A stretch of 64,000 bases of DNA from Candidatus Brocadiia bacterium (lineage in GTDB: Bacteria; Planctomycetota; Brocadiia; SM23-32). The DNA lies in contig JBKHIT010000016.1 in the NCBI GenBank assembly GCA_046538485.1, positions 18,726 to 82,725 on the forward strand, written 5' to 3'. The notes beneath the pieces were generated by a model, which did no database searches, was not told the origin of the DNA, and saw nothing but the letters and a program-made list of their open reading frames with translations. The position numbers and the translations under genes were made by a program. Below, in pieces: positions 31,073 through 41,519 of this stretch. Position 1 is the stretch's first letter, and each line of letters begins with the position of its first letter.

Positions 31073-32563
31073 TCAGCGTGCTTCTTCGATGATGCTGCGT
31101 ACGATACGGTCTTCGAATTTTTTCATGTGCCAGTTGCCGCCCCGGGTGAAACCGTTAATCATGATGCTGAAGGCGACGCGGAGATCGGACTGAGTTCTGG
31201 CGTAGCCGCTCAGGCACCCGACACCGCGCAGGTAGCCGGTTTTGGCGCGGACACGTCCGCGACAGGTGGCATCTTTAAAACGGTCACTCAGAGTTCCTTC
31301 GCGTCCGCCAGCCGCCAATAAGTTGTGGAACAATTTTCCCTCGTCGGACTTATCCATTTTGATCAACACGGCACAGAGGGCAGCCGGGCAGAGCTTGTTA
31401 TGACGGGACATTCCGCTGCCGTCGGCGAGAACCACCTGGCCGGGGCGAAAATGCAGTTTTTTGAGGAATTTTGCCGCCTGCCGCAGACCTTCTTCCCAGG
31501 AACCACTGTTGCCAGCTACCGCCCCAACCGTTTTGAGGACATGTTCGGCGTAGCTATTTTGGCTTTCTTTCAGCATTGGAGCGAGAATCTGCTTCAGGGT
31601 TGAGCTGTGTTCGGCTACTTTCTTTGCGCCGGAATAAATTTTATGGCCTTTCGCCCCCCGGAGCCGTATACGGCCCTTAATCTGTATTCCTTTGCTTTTA
31701 AGGGTTTCGGCAAAAGCTGAACCTGCAAAGAGAGGCGGGTTGGGAACGGTCACACGGGCGGTATAACCCTCCGTTCCGGCTTTCGCCCGCCCACCAACTC
31801 GTATCCGGTTTGAGTTTTTTTTACGCTCGAACCATATTGCGTTGCGGGTAAGGCTTGTTTTGCAATAATTCGAGACTTCCAGAATTGGGACATCTGGTTG
31901 GAGAGAAATCAGAGCCGGGGCACCTTTTCTTTTCGCAGGCTTTGCTGTGACGAAAACGCAATTTCCCTGAAACGAGAAACCCGCGACGGGCGCGCAGTAA
32001 TATTTCCAAATTTGGTTTTCCGGCCAATTGGGATGGAAAAAACGTCGATCAAAGAATGTGTCGTCGACGATGATATCGCCGGCTATAGAACGGATCCCTT
32101 GATCTACAAGCTTCTGAGCCCATTGCTGGAAGATCCCGTGGCTATCGGGCGCCCTGGCGTTACTTTCCTTTTTGGAGTATCCCAACGACGGGTCACCTCT
32201 ACCTTTGAGTATTACGTGGCCATTGAGGGTCCCATCTTTTTGGAGATCTCCTTTCAGCCATACGGAGGTCAAGAACTTGTATTCAACTCCAAGTTCGGTC
32301 AGCGCGACCGCTGCGGTCAATAACTTCTGATTTGATGCGGGTATCAGGGCAGTCATGGCGTTATGCGAATAGAGGATGCGCTCGCTGTTAAGGGCTTCAA
32401 CACGAACGCCCACAGTGGCACTCTTGAGTTTACTTTCGGCGAGGACATCTTCGATAGCATCCGCTAATTCACCGGCCGAGACGAGAGTTGCGAAAACCGT
32501 CAGAATCCCGACGAATGCAGATGTTTTGAGTCCGCCAGTTGTTTTTCGCTCAATAGTCATCAT
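31073..32563 (-). CDS. dacB: D-alanyl-D-alanine carboxypeptidase/endopeptidase (PBP4, peptidase S13)
   Basis: PASNQK (SxxK), SQN, DGSGMSR, KTG. Start uncertain. Confidence 0.92.
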   Translation of the reverse strand: MMTIERKTTGGLKTSAFVGILTVFATLVSAGELADAIEDVLAESKLKSATVGVRVEALNSERILYSHNAMTALIPASNQKLLTAAVALTELGVEYKFLTSVWLKGDLQKDGTLNGHVILKGRGDPSLGYSKKESNARAPDSHGIFQQWAQKLVDQGIRSIAGDIIVDDTFFDRRFFHPNWPENQIWKYYCAPVAGFSFQGNCVFVTAKPAKRKGAPALISLQPDVPILEVSNYCKTSLTRNAIWFERKKNSNRIRVGGRAKAGTEGYTARVTVPNPPLFAGSAFAETLKSKGIQIKGRIRLRGAKGHKIYSGAKKVAEHSSTLKQILAPMLKESQNSYAEHVLKTVGAVAGNSGSWEEGLRQAAKFLKKLHFRPGQVVLADGSGMSRHNKLCPAALCAVLIKMDKSDEGKLFHNLLAAGGREGTLSDRFKDATCRGRVRAKTGYLRGVGCLSGYARTQSDLRVAFSIMINGFTRGGNWHMKKFEDRIVRSIIEEAR

Positions 32564-32814
32564 TGGTGTGATTGTGGTCGTTGAGGCCGCGCTTTTCAAC
32601 TCGAACTTATTTTCCCCTCCGGAGAGTGTTTCTTTCAAAAGGGTTATGTAAGATAATATAAAATAATCTGTTATGGAAAACAGGATACATGTGAAAAAGG
32701 GCTCGGTGGCGGTGTGAATAACATTTTAATGTCCGGTATAATCGATAAATGCACGGATCGTTTCGTTTTCATTGATTGTGTTTTGGGCTTCTCTTCCGCG
32801 GGCGGTGATTAGCC

Positions 32815-35061
32815 ATGGCGCGCCAGAACAAGTTGCAGGAAAAGATACTGAATTTCATCCGAGCTTCCAGCTACCGTCCTATGACGGCGGAAAAGCTGAC
32901 CCAACATTTTTCCCTTCCCCCTGAGGAAGAAGATCGAATGCGCGCCTGCCTGGAGGAGTTGCAAATCGAGGGCGAGGTGGTGAGGGATAAAAAGGGGGAA
33001 TGGCAGGAACCTCACAATAGCTCGCTGGTTGTGGGCAGAATGGAAAGGAAAGCCCGCAAACAAGGAAGCCGTTTCGGTTTTGTGCTGCCGATTTCCGAAA
33101 ATGTAGATGAAGATATTTATGTGCCGGAGCGGGATTTGCGGGGAGCTATGAACGACGACATTGTCCTGGTGAAATTCAGTGAGGGGAAAAGGGGCGGGAA
33201 ACGGGGCCCTGCGGGAAAAGTGCTGGAGATTCTCAAGCGCGCACACCATCAGGTAATCGGTTCGTTTACCCCACGCAAGAAAGGCGGAATCGTGACCCCG
33301 GATGATCCCTCCCTATCATGCGATGTGATTATCCCGGCGGGGTGTGCTGCGAATGCAAACAAAGGGGAGAAAGTTCTGGCGGAGATCACAAGCTGGCCCG
33401 ACAAACGCCATCCGAACGCGCTCGGCGCGGTAGAGCGGGTTGTGGGTCAGGAAGGTGATCCTGAGGTCGATGAAGCCGCTGTGATCCTGCAATTTGGTCT
33501 TCCTACCGAATTCCCTTCCGAAGTGGAAAGATTGGCCGCTGAAATCCCCGCTTTTCAGAATATAAACGATTCCGAAATTCAAGAACAGGGGCGAAAAGAT
33601 TACAGGGAAGATTATGTTGTTGCAATTGATCCAGAGACGGCACACGATCGGGATGATGCGCTTTCGTTTCGCGAGGACCCCGAAACGGGTAACCGTGAGG
33701 TAAGGGTTCATATCGCCGATGTATCACATTTTGTGCATCCGGAGACCGCTCTGGATAAGGAAGCACGGCGCCGCGGGTTGAGCGTTTATCTCCTGCGCGA
33801 TTTTGTCCCAATGCTTCCCAAGCAGTGCACGCAGCAAGCCTTGAGCCTGGCCGAGAACAAAGATCGGTGCAGTAAAACCGTCACGCTTTGTTATGACGAC
33901 CAGGCAAACCTTGTTGATACGAAATTGGAGAAATCGGTTGTCCGACTTAACGAGGAGCTTACTTACAAAGGCGTCCAGGAACTCCTCGAAGCGGCAGATA
34001 AGGAACAGCGGGAAACCGAGGAACCCCTGGACACTTTCGGAGAGGGAATCGACGCCCGGGCCGTAGCGAAATGGCCGGACCAGCTCTGGGGTACCGTTGT
34101 CGGGCTTGACAGGCTGGCCCGGCAACTTCGCGCCCGGCGTCGAGAAGTTGGTTCGGTTGACCTCGATGTGCCCGAATACGACGTTCGGGTTGATGAAGAT
34201 GGGCGCGTGACAGCGGTCTCTCAGATTGAGCGCGACAGATCACACGATCTTGTAGAAGAGTTTATGCTGGAAGCCAATAAAGCCGTGGCGCGATTTCTGC
34301 AGGAGAAAAATCTTCCAGGCCTTTATCGAGTCCATGAAAAGCCAGAGGAAGAAGACCTGGAGGGTTTTGCGCTCTTTGTGCAGACGGTTATGGAACGCAG
34401 CATCGACCCATTTGATCGCGGGGAGTTGCAGCGATTACTTGAGGAAGTGTCGGGGACGAATTTGTCGGAAGCGGTCAACATGGAATTGTTGCGATGTATG
34501 AAACGGGCCGAGTACTCGTCTTCTTCAGCGCCACATTTTGCATTGAACTTCTCGACCTACTGTCATTTCACCTCCCCAATTCGCCGCTATCCCGACCTGG
34601 TTGTTCATCAAATCCTGAATCAACATTTTCAGGGGAAGATTGGCAAGGGGACGCCAGGTGAAGGGCAGCTTCGAGAATACTGGCGTTCGGAGCTTGATAA
34701 TATCGCCGCAGAAGTTGTCCGAGCTGAACGGAGGGCCGTCGATGCTGAGCGGGAAATCGTCAATATAAAATTGTTGCGTTTTCTGGAAGAGCGGTCAGGA
34801 CCCGAGGGAGAGGTGTTCGAAGCTGTCATTACGGGAGTGCAGGAATTCGGCGTGTTTGCGCAGCTTCAGGAATATTCAATCGAGGGTCTCATTAAGGTCG
34901 AACGACTTTCCGACGATTATTACGTTTTTCAGGAAAAGGAACGGGCACTTGTCGGACGTCGACATGGACGGAAACTGCGTCTGGGAGAGTCGATGGAGGT
35001 GGTGATCAAAGGAATCAATATGGAAATGCGCCAGCTTGACCTTGCCCCAGCGGATTTTTAG
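32815..35061 (+). CDS. rnr: Ribonuclease R
   Basis: IDPETAHDRDDA, VHIADVS, EEFML, HFTSPIRRYPD, C-terminal S1 domain. Confidence 0.93.
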   Translation: MARQNKLQEKILNFIRASSYRPMTAEKLTQHFSLPPEEEDRMRACLEELQIEGEVVRDKKGEWQEPHNSSLVVGRMERKARKQGSRFGFVLPISENVDEDIYVPERDLRGAMNDDIVLVKFSEGKRGGKRGPAGKVLEILKRAHHQVIGSFTPRKKGGIVTPDDPSLSCDVIIPAGCAANANKGEKVLAEITSWPDKRHPNALGAVERVVGQEGDPEVDEAAVILQFGLPTEFPSEVERLAAEIPAFQNINDSEIQEQGRKDYREDYVVAIDPETAHDRDDALSFREDPETGNREVRVHIADVSHFVHPETALDKEARRRGLSVYLLRDFVPMLPKQCTQQALSLAENKDRCSKTVTLCYDDQANLVDTKLEKSVVRLNEELTYKGVQELLEAADKEQRETEEPLDTFGEGIDARAVAKWPDQLWGTVVGLDRLARQLRARRREVGSVDLDVPEYDVRVDEDGRVTAVSQIERDRSHDLVEEFMLEANKAVARFLQEKNLPGLYRVHEKPEEEDLEGFALFVQTVMERSIDPFDRGELQRLLEEVSGTNLSEAVNMELLRCMKRAEYSSSSAPHFALNFSTYCHFTSPIRRYPDLVVHQILNQHFQGKIGKGTPGEGQLREYWRSELDNIAAEVVRAERRAVDAEREIVNIKLLRFLEERSGPEGEVFEAVITGVQEFGVFAQLQEYSIEGLIKVERLSDDYYVFQEKERALVGRRHGRKLRLGESMEVVIKGINMEMRQLDLAPADF

Positions 35062-35210
35062 CCGACGGACCCGAATATTTCAAACGTCCTCAGTGCTGCA
35101 GATGCGCGATTACACAGTGCGCACAAAAACACACCCTGAATTTCCCACATGAAGCTTCAAAGAACAAAACCTTATAATAGTTATTGCCTTAAATTCATGA
35201 AATGTCCGGG

Positions 35211-37574
35211 CTAAAGACCCGTTTCCAGGTCTTCGATGAGGAAGCCGAGAACTTCTGCAGAAATAGGATCCACCGCTGGCGCGAATTTGCCATATTTCAT
35301 TGCCCGAAGGTAGGAAACAAGACGTGGGCTGCTTCCCTTCTCGGCCAGCACCACTTCGTAATAAGTGGATTTGAGATTCACTTTTTCAGTCTCAGGTGGT
35401 GTGCCATATCTTTGAACGATATCGACCCGTCTTAATCCGGTTTTAAGACGAACCACCAGATCCGGGACATCGATTCCTGTCGTTTCGGCTTCCAGGCGAC
35501 ATTCGATCACAGCGGGTGAGACAAGATCTGAATCCACACTCATCAGTTCGCCAAATTGCAGCCATTCTTTTCCGCTTGCTCCAGGTTTTTCTTCGGTGCC
35601 GAGTCTCAACAGGCAATCGGCTTCATACATGGAGGGGGCTTTGTAGCCAGTCACGTAGCGAATCTGCCGGTTACCGGCGAAGGCACCGACATGGCCCAAT
35701 CGCCCCAGCGCATAGAGACTGAGTTTTTCGCCCGTTTTGCCGATGATCACCCGCGCACTACGATGAAGAGGTTTTCCGGTCGAGTTTGAGCGCAGTTCAA
35801 AACAACGGACCGGTGAGAAATCTTCAAGGGAAAACGTCTTTTTTACTTTCGTTCCCGCCGCTCCTGCTTTTTCTTCAGGGACGCCCGTTTTGACTTCAAA
35901 TTCTTGTTTTTCGACGGGGCCTTTGATGAAACAGAAGTTTTGTTCGTCTTCGGCACGGAGAAGTTCATGAGTTTTCAATTCAACGATCTTTAAGTCTGAA
36001 AGGTTGATTCCATCCGAACCCATTAAGTGGTTACGCAGGCGTGCTCTTACATCCCGCCCAAAAGCATCCATGAAATTGCCGTTGTAGAAAAGTTTCAATT
36101 TCCTGCCTATTTCCTGCTGTTGGCCGGCGGCACCGCCTTCTAATTCAGGCAGAAAGAAAGTGAGCCATTGTTTTATAAACTGTTTTGGATTTGTTGATGT
36201 TTGGAAGCCGCCATTTTTTGTGTTTCCGCCATTTCCGCGATTTCTTAACGATGTAACCAGGAAAAGGCCGCCCGATCCCAGAACAAGCAGAATAACGAGA
36301 CCAATACCAATTTTTTTCCACCTGTCTGATTCTTTTCTGCCCTGGGCGATTATTGTGCCCGTCACAGTGCCGGTGGGCTGTTCATCGGGTTTTCGTGTGG
36401 TGGAGGGAGCACTGAAATCGGCGTATCGAGCGATAGCTGGAACATTTCGAATCGGGCGCCACTGATCGGAATCGGGGCCCTGGATCTTGTCATCCGGACC
36501 GAGTTTTCGTTTTGCAAGCAGCTCCGCCAGATAACGTTCGGTGACGGGGCCCCTTTCCTGCCCTTCCATACGGAAATACCACTGTTCACTTTCTTCGTCG
36601 GCTTTTCCGAGTCCGGATTCAGCGGCAGCGATTGATTTCTCAAGTTCAGGAACGTCCCGGATATCTTTCCAGGTGCCGAGTTTTTTATTGAAGACGGTGT
36701 CGCCGGCCACAACTTGTTTGCGTTCGACAAGTTGACAAAGCTCATTGAATTCCAGAGGACCTTCGACTTCGCCGTTGTGGCGGTAATACCAGAGTTCTCC
36801 TGAAGCGGCTGATGCCGCCGACGGCACTTCGTCGAGTGCTTCGGAAAGTTCTGGAATACTCGCGGCGTCTTTCCAACCGTCGAGTTTATTGGACCAAATT
36901 CGGTCATCTGCTTTAATCTTACCTTTACGGACGGCTTTCAGTAGGTTCTCGAGTGAGTAAGGCCCTTCCCGTTTGCCTTTCCGCATCCAGTACCACATCT
37001 CTTCGATGTTCTTGCTGGCCTCGAGTTCTTTGAGTGTTTGCTGAAACCGCCCGACCTGCCTGATGGTTCGCCAATCCCCGAGTTCCTTACTCCAGACACT
37101 TGTTTTGGGGGTGATTTGTCCCTTTTGGATCAACTCTTTGACATATTCTGTCTTGTAGGGACCGTATCTTTGCCCTTTGATACTGACGTACCAGGCGTCT
37201 TTTTGTTTTTGTTTTCCCGGTTTTAGCGCATCTATTTCAGCAATTGGTTTCCAACCGCCGAGCGGTTCGGCGTAGACCTGGTCCTGGGGCAGAAGCTGAC
37301 CGTGAACGACCCGATTTTTCAGCTCTTCGAAACTGAGGGGTCCTTTCGATTGGCCACTTTCACTGACGTACCACCTTGCGGACTCGAGACTTGTCTCCGT
37401 CTGGGGTGTTTCCTTTTTCTCCTCGGATTCCGGCGTTTTGTCATCGTCGGTTTCGTCGGATTTTGGAATCGACAGGGAGGCGCCGCAGCTACACCGTGCC
37501 TTTTGTCCCGCCAGTGAGGAAGGGACCATGAATTCGGCACCGCAAGCGTCGCATTTGACAGAGATATTTTTCAT
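35211..37574 (-). CDS. Zn-ribbon plus five GYF_2 (DUF4339) domains, single-TM membrane protein
   Basis: CDACG...CSCG; five 'WY.....G...GP....L......G......V.......W' units; one TM; C-terminal domain unknown. Confidence 0.85.
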   Translation of the reverse strand: MKNISVKCDACGAEFMVPSSLAGQKARCSCGASLSIPKSDETDDDKTPESEEKKETPQTETSLESARWYVSESGQSKGPLSFEELKNRVVHGQLLPQDQVYAEPLGGWKPIAEIDALKPGKQKQKDAWYVSIKGQRYGPYKTEYVKELIQKGQITPKTSVWSKELGDWRTIRQVGRFQQTLKELEASKNIEEMWYWMRKGKREGPYSLENLLKAVRKGKIKADDRIWSNKLDGWKDAASIPELSEALDEVPSAASAASGELWYYRHNGEVEGPLEFNELCQLVERKQVVAGDTVFNKKLGTWKDIRDVPELEKSIAAAESGLGKADEESEQWYFRMEGQERGPVTERYLAELLAKRKLGPDDKIQGPDSDQWRPIRNVPAIARYADFSAPSTTRKPDEQPTGTVTGTIIAQGRKESDRWKKIGIGLVILLVLGSGGLFLVTSLRNRGNGGNTKNGGFQTSTNPKQFIKQWLTFFLPELEGGAAGQQQEIGRKLKLFYNGNFMDAFGRDVRARLRNHLMGSDGINLSDLKIVELKTHELLRAEDEQNFCFIKGPVEKQEFEVKTGVPEEKAGAAGTKVKKTFSLEDFSPVRCFELRSNSTGKPLHRSARVIIGKTGEKLSLYALGRLGHVGAFAGNRQIRYVTGYKAPSMYEADCLLRLGTEEKPGASGKEWLQFGELMSVDSDLVSPAVIECRLEAETTGIDVPDLVVRLKTGLRRVDIVQRYGTPPETEKVNLKSTYYEVVLAEKGSSPRLVSYLRAMKYGKFAPAVDPISAEVLGFLIEDLETGL

Positions 37575-37608
37575 ACTACCAGCGGTTTGTCACCGATGTG
37601 CAAGCAAA

Positions 37609-38697
37609 TTAGGGAAGGAATTTATCGGGATCGGCCATTTTCTGGGGAAGGTAATTTTCCAGCACAAAATTGAGGCTATGTTTGGCAAAAGCTTGTTGTT
37701 CGGCCCTTTCTCCCATTTTAAGCATCTCTTTGATCGCTTTTCGCCATTCATTATGATGCTGGAAGAAAGGATCATTCTTGAGAATGTCATTGGCTCGTTT
37801 TGTATCCGTGTCGCTCAAAGGATGCGTGGGCAGGTCATAATCTTTAATATCTTGTGGTGTTACCCCGAGCAAACGAGCCTCCGGAACACAGAAGTACTCG
37901 TTGATATGCGCGGAATTCCCACTCCCAACTTTGAGCGTTCTATAAATGTTAGCATATCCGTAAGGGTCGCCATCTACAAATGCATAAACGGGCAGGTCGT
38001 TCTCTTCGCTCAGCCGGCGGATGAAACGGCGACATGCACGAGTGGGCACGCCACCCATTGAAACAAGGATACAATTGGCTTCTTTCCAATAAGCATGGTT
38101 GTTCAAACGCTGGAACATGCCAGCGGTCTCAATGGCCAGAATGAAATCGGCCGACGTCTTGAAATCAAGCTCCTCTACAGATATCGGAACCGAGTATGCT
38201 CCACTGCCAAAGCGCGTACAGTCAATTTCAATCTTCTCGCCCGAATTGCGTTCCCGGTCGACCACTTTTAGCGGGCCTGCCACTTCTCCCCCTTTTTCCT
38301 CCGGGACGAAGCCGAGTTTCTCCCGGTTCACGGCAAACATCGCCTCGATATCTTCCATTACGGTATCGCTCTCAGGCTGTTTATCAAACCGAGCATCTTC
38401 CCAATTCTTGGAAATATAGTAAGCTTCTCGCTTGCTGACTTCTTCCTCGTTGTTGATGGTCTCCCGGGCCAGTGCCATCATTCGTAATGTCTGAGCGAAA
38501 CTTTTCACCGTGTTATAGGTAAGGGTACGGGTTATCCTGTCCTTGCCCAGCTGAAAATAACCTGAGTCGTCTTCATAAATTACGTTGCTCAAACTCCGCT
38601 TTGGCAGCTGAACCTGAGGTTTTTTGCCTTTTTCTATCTTGCCGCGTATTGACTCTGCGCAGTCGATAATGATGGAACGGGGATCCTGCTCGGCCAT
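37609..38697 (-). CDS. top6A: DNA topoisomerase VI subunit A (Spo11-like)
   Basis: KREAYY (catalytic Tyr), QPESD..MEDIE, TOPRIM IETAGMF and DGDPYG, AEQQAF. Confidence 0.92.
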   Translation of the reverse strand: MAEQDPRSIIIDCAESIRGKIEKGKKPQVQLPKRSLSNVIYEDDSGYFQLGKDRITRTLTYNTVKSFAQTLRMMALARETINNEEEVSKREAYYISKNWEDARFDKQPESDTVMEDIEAMFAVNREKLGFVPEEKGGEVAGPLKVVDRERNSGEKIEIDCTRFGSGAYSVPISVEELDFKTSADFILAIETAGMFQRLNNHAYWKEANCILVSMGGVPTRACRRFIRRLSEENDLPVYAFVDGDPYGYANIYRTLKVGSGNSAHINEYFCVPEARLLGVTPQDIKDYDLPTHPLSDTDTKRANDILKNDPFFQHHNEWRKAIKEMLKMGERAEQQAFAKHSLNFVLENYLPQKMADPDKFLP

Positions 38698-38892
38698 GTG
38701 ATTCCTCCAGAGAGTAAACGGTACACGACTTACCATATAGCATAATTTCTGAGGGGGGAAAATATCAAGGCACTTGTCTCTGAAATCAACAATCATGCGT
38801 CAACCTCTTCAAGGCCTGATGGTGCATGCGGCATAAAGTTTTCATATACTGTTTTTGTACAATTGCTTTCGCCCCCGAGGAGAAGAAACGGT

Positions 38893-39876
38893 ATGATTGC
38901 CGTCAGCCACCAAAAACTTACGGAAAAAGCTATCCAGAAACTGGAAAGCGAAGGAGTTGCCTCCGCCAGGGCTCGCATCGTCGTCGACCATATGCTGACC
39001 GCAACCCTGTGGGGGCGGTCCACTCACGGATTTTCCGTGCGGTTTCCTTATATTCTCAAACAGGCTCAGGAAGGTGCCGGGGAAAAACAGCTGGAAATTG
39101 TCGAAAGTTCCCCCACTCGCGTTGTGGTGGATGCAAATCAGGGGTTCGGGTACCTTGCCGGCTACCGCTGCACCGAAATCCTCCGCGATCGGGTCAGCAA
39201 AAACGGTTCGGCCACTATCGCCCTGCGCAATACGCGTCACTCCGGCATGATCGGCTACTACACCAATATTCTCGCCAGAGCAGGTATCGTGGCTTTGGCT
39301 TTTGGGAATTGTGTTCCTTTGATGGCTCCATACGGGGGAAAAGAGGCTCTGCTCGGGACAAACCCGATTTCGTTTGCCTTCCCCGCGGAACCCGATCCCA
39401 TCCTCGTGGATATGGCCACGTCCGCCCTTTCCTACGGCAATGTCACCGAACGCGATCAAGCAGACGAAGCTCTGCCCGAAGGATGTGCTCTCGGCCCTGA
39501 AGGTGAACCGACAACAGACGCTGCGGAAGCTCGGGAAGGAGCCCTCCTCCCGTTTGGTGGACACCGCGGTGGCGCCCTCGCCGTGGCCGTTCAATTACTG
39601 GCCGGGGCATTCACAGGTGCGGCTCCTATACCCGATGAAGGCAAAGATTACGGCCTCCTCCTGATCGGCTACAGTCGCGGATTATTAGCGGGAGAACAAA
39701 ATTACGATCACGCCGTTCAGGAGTTCATTCAGCGTTATCTCTCCGTCCCCGAACGTCCCGGAATGGAAGTGAGACTCCCTGGTAGCCGGCGGTACGAAAA
39801 TCTCCGGCAACGTGAGAAACAGCCCATCGAAATATCCGATGAGCTTGCCCGGGAACTGAAACTCAACGCAAAATAG
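38893..39876 (+). CDS. Ldh_2 family oxidoreductase (ComC/AllD-like malate/lactate/sulfolactate dehydrogenase)
   Basis: GRSTHG, HSGMIGYY, GTNPISFA, DMATS, LLPFGGHRG, RLPG. Confidence 0.9.
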   Translation: MIAVSHQKLTEKAIQKLESEGVASARARIVVDHMLTATLWGRSTHGFSVRFPYILKQAQEGAGEKQLEIVESSPTRVVVDANQGFGYLAGYRCTEILRDRVSKNGSATIALRNTRHSGMIGYYTNILARAGIVALAFGNCVPLMAPYGGKEALLGTNPISFAFPAEPDPILVDMATSALSYGNVTERDQADEALPEGCALGPEGEPTTDAAEAREGALLPFGGHRGGALAVAVQLLAGAFTGAAPIPDEGKDYGLLLIGYSRGLLAGEQNYDHAVQEFIQRYLSVPERPGMEVRLPGSRRYENLRQREKQPIEISDELARELKLNAK

Positions 39877-39885
39877 AGTTGGCAA

Positions 39886-40392
39886 ATGCAAGAATCAAAC
39901 CCTGAATACCAGCTTCGAGCCGAAATCGGACGCACAGACGTGAACGCAATCGCCATCCTCGGAATTGGAAATTGCGCCAGGGCGGATGACGGATTTGGGC
40001 CGGCGGTGACGGATCTTCTGCCACAGCATATTGCGCTCTGCGTGGTGAACGGTGGTAGTGTTCCTGAAAATGAACTCCCCCGCCTCGCAAAAGCGAAACC
40101 GGAACTGGTTATTTTTGTCGATGCCGTCCACAGCGGCGATAAACCCGGCACGTTGCGGGTGCTCGGGCCCGAACAACTCCGCCAGGATGACGTTTCGACC
40201 CATTCAGCGTCCCTGACAGTAGCCGGGAAATTTCTCGAAGAATCCTGTGGTGCGTCCTGCGTGCTGCTGTCGGCCCAACCGGCTGACTGCTCCCTGGGCA
40301 ACCCGATGAGCCCGGCCGTCACCGCGGCGGCGCAAAGAGCTGCCGACATTCTCGTAGGTATCCTGACCGAACGCGGGAGAAGCAGGAGCTAA
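39886..40392 (+). CDS. Hydrogenase maturation protease (HycI-like)
   Basis: LGIGN..RADDGFG, VPEN, FVDAV, STH. Confidence 0.85.
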   Translation: MQESNPEYQLRAEIGRTDVNAIAILGIGNCARADDGFGPAVTDLLPQHIALCVVNGGSVPENELPRLAKAKPELVIFVDAVHSGDKPGTLRVLGPEQLRQDDVSTHSASLTVAGKFLEESCGASCVLLSAQPADCSLGNPMSPAVTAAAQRAADILVGILTERGRSRS

Positions 40393-40578
40393 TCGTTGCA
40401 TCCCGCGGCACAGGTCGCGCCAGAGGCGGATAAAGCCGCGGGAGGGCACGGCAAGTCACAATTGTAGGCAAGGGACGTTCGATTGCAGCTTCCAGGGGTT
40501 TTTGGGCAAAAATCAACTGGAACGGGCCACCATGCGAAACCGGAACGCACTTGTTTCTGACCGCTTAGAATTGAGGCA

Positions 40579-41031
40579 TTAGTTTTCTTCTCCGTCCAAA
40601 CAGCCAGGCATCTTTTCGACATAACGCCGGATCTGATCGCGCACTTTTCTGTAACATTCCAGCTTCTTCTGCTCGGTATCGGCATTTTCCGCCAGCCGGG
40701 GCGGATCCTCAAAACCCTTATGCACCACCGTGGCGTCTCCGGGAAACAACGGGCATGCCTCGCGGGCATGATCGCAGACGGTCACCACGTAGTCGAATTC
40801 CACCTCTTTCAGTTCATCCACGTGTTTCGAGCGGTGTCCGGAGATATCAACCCCCGCCTCCTCCATCACTTTTACGGCTCTGGCGTTCAGCCCGTGGGTC
40901 TCCACACCGGCCGAATAAGGCTCGATCCGGTCCCCTCTCAGGTGACGGGCCCACCCCTCCGCCATCTGGCTGCGGCAGGAGTTTCCCGTGCACAGAAACA
41001 GTACCTTCAGCTTTCGTTCTGCATCCTGCAT
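40579..41031 (-). CDS. arsC: Thioredoxin-coupled arsenate reductase (LMW-PTP fold), copy 1
   Basis: CTGNSCRSQMAEG, VTVCD.....CP, FEDP. Confidence 0.95.
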   Translation of the reverse strand: MQDAERKLKVLFLCTGNSCRSQMAEGWARHLRGDRIEPYSAGVETHGLNARAVKVMEEAGVDISGHRSKHVDELKEVEFDYVVTVCDHAREACPLFPGDATVVHKGFEDPPRLAENADTEQKKLECYRKVRDQIRRYVEKMPGCLDGEEN

Positions 41032-41399
41032 AATTCCTCTGGATCGGTCTCGAGTATCTGCTCCAACCGGTCTCTGTCATCCGCCCCCTGCCGGGTATCG
41101 GACATGTGTGTCGTCGCCCACTCAATGGCATCGCTGACGGCGGCCGATTCCGCCCCGTCAGGCAGCCGATAGTAGACCCATCGCCCCTGTTTTCGGCTGG
41201 TCACCAGCCCGGCCTTTCGCAGGATACTCATGTGTTTCGAGACCGTGGAGGGTGCCAGCTGGAGCAACTCCACAATCTGACACACGCACAGCTCGCGGCC
41301 CTCGAGGGCATAGAGAGCACGTATACGGCTCCTGTGAGCAAGAGCTTTCGCCATCTGAACGAGGTCGGAAGCATCATGTTGTTTTTGATATTTCGTCAT
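41007..41399 (-). CDS. arsR: ArsR/SmtB repressor, copy 1
   Basis: KALAHRSR, ELCVCQI, STVSKH, GRWVYY. ATG 41399 lies at the predicted +1; alternative start 41354. Confidence 0.92.
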   Translation of the reverse strand: MTKYQKQHDASDLVQMAKALAHRSRIRALYALEGRELCVCQIVELLQLAPSTVSKHMSILRKAGLVTSRKQGRWVYYRLPDGAESAAVSDAIEWATTHMSDTRQGADDRDRLEQILETDPEELCRMQNES

Positions 41400-41435
41400 A
41401 TAACGAAGTATAAGCTGTTGTAATTGCGTCGTCAA
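41390..41435 (-). promoter_or_regulatory. Sigma70 promoter with overlapping ArsR-type operator
   Basis: TTGACG-17-TATACT on the minus strand; IR ATTTCG-N8-CGAAGT. Confidence 0.8.
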
Positions 41436-41519
41436 GAAGGAAGCACGGGTGAGGTATTTGCGCCGTGGGGTCTTTTCGGGTTATGTTTCACATATGCGTT
41501 TAGCGTGCGTTACATCAGC

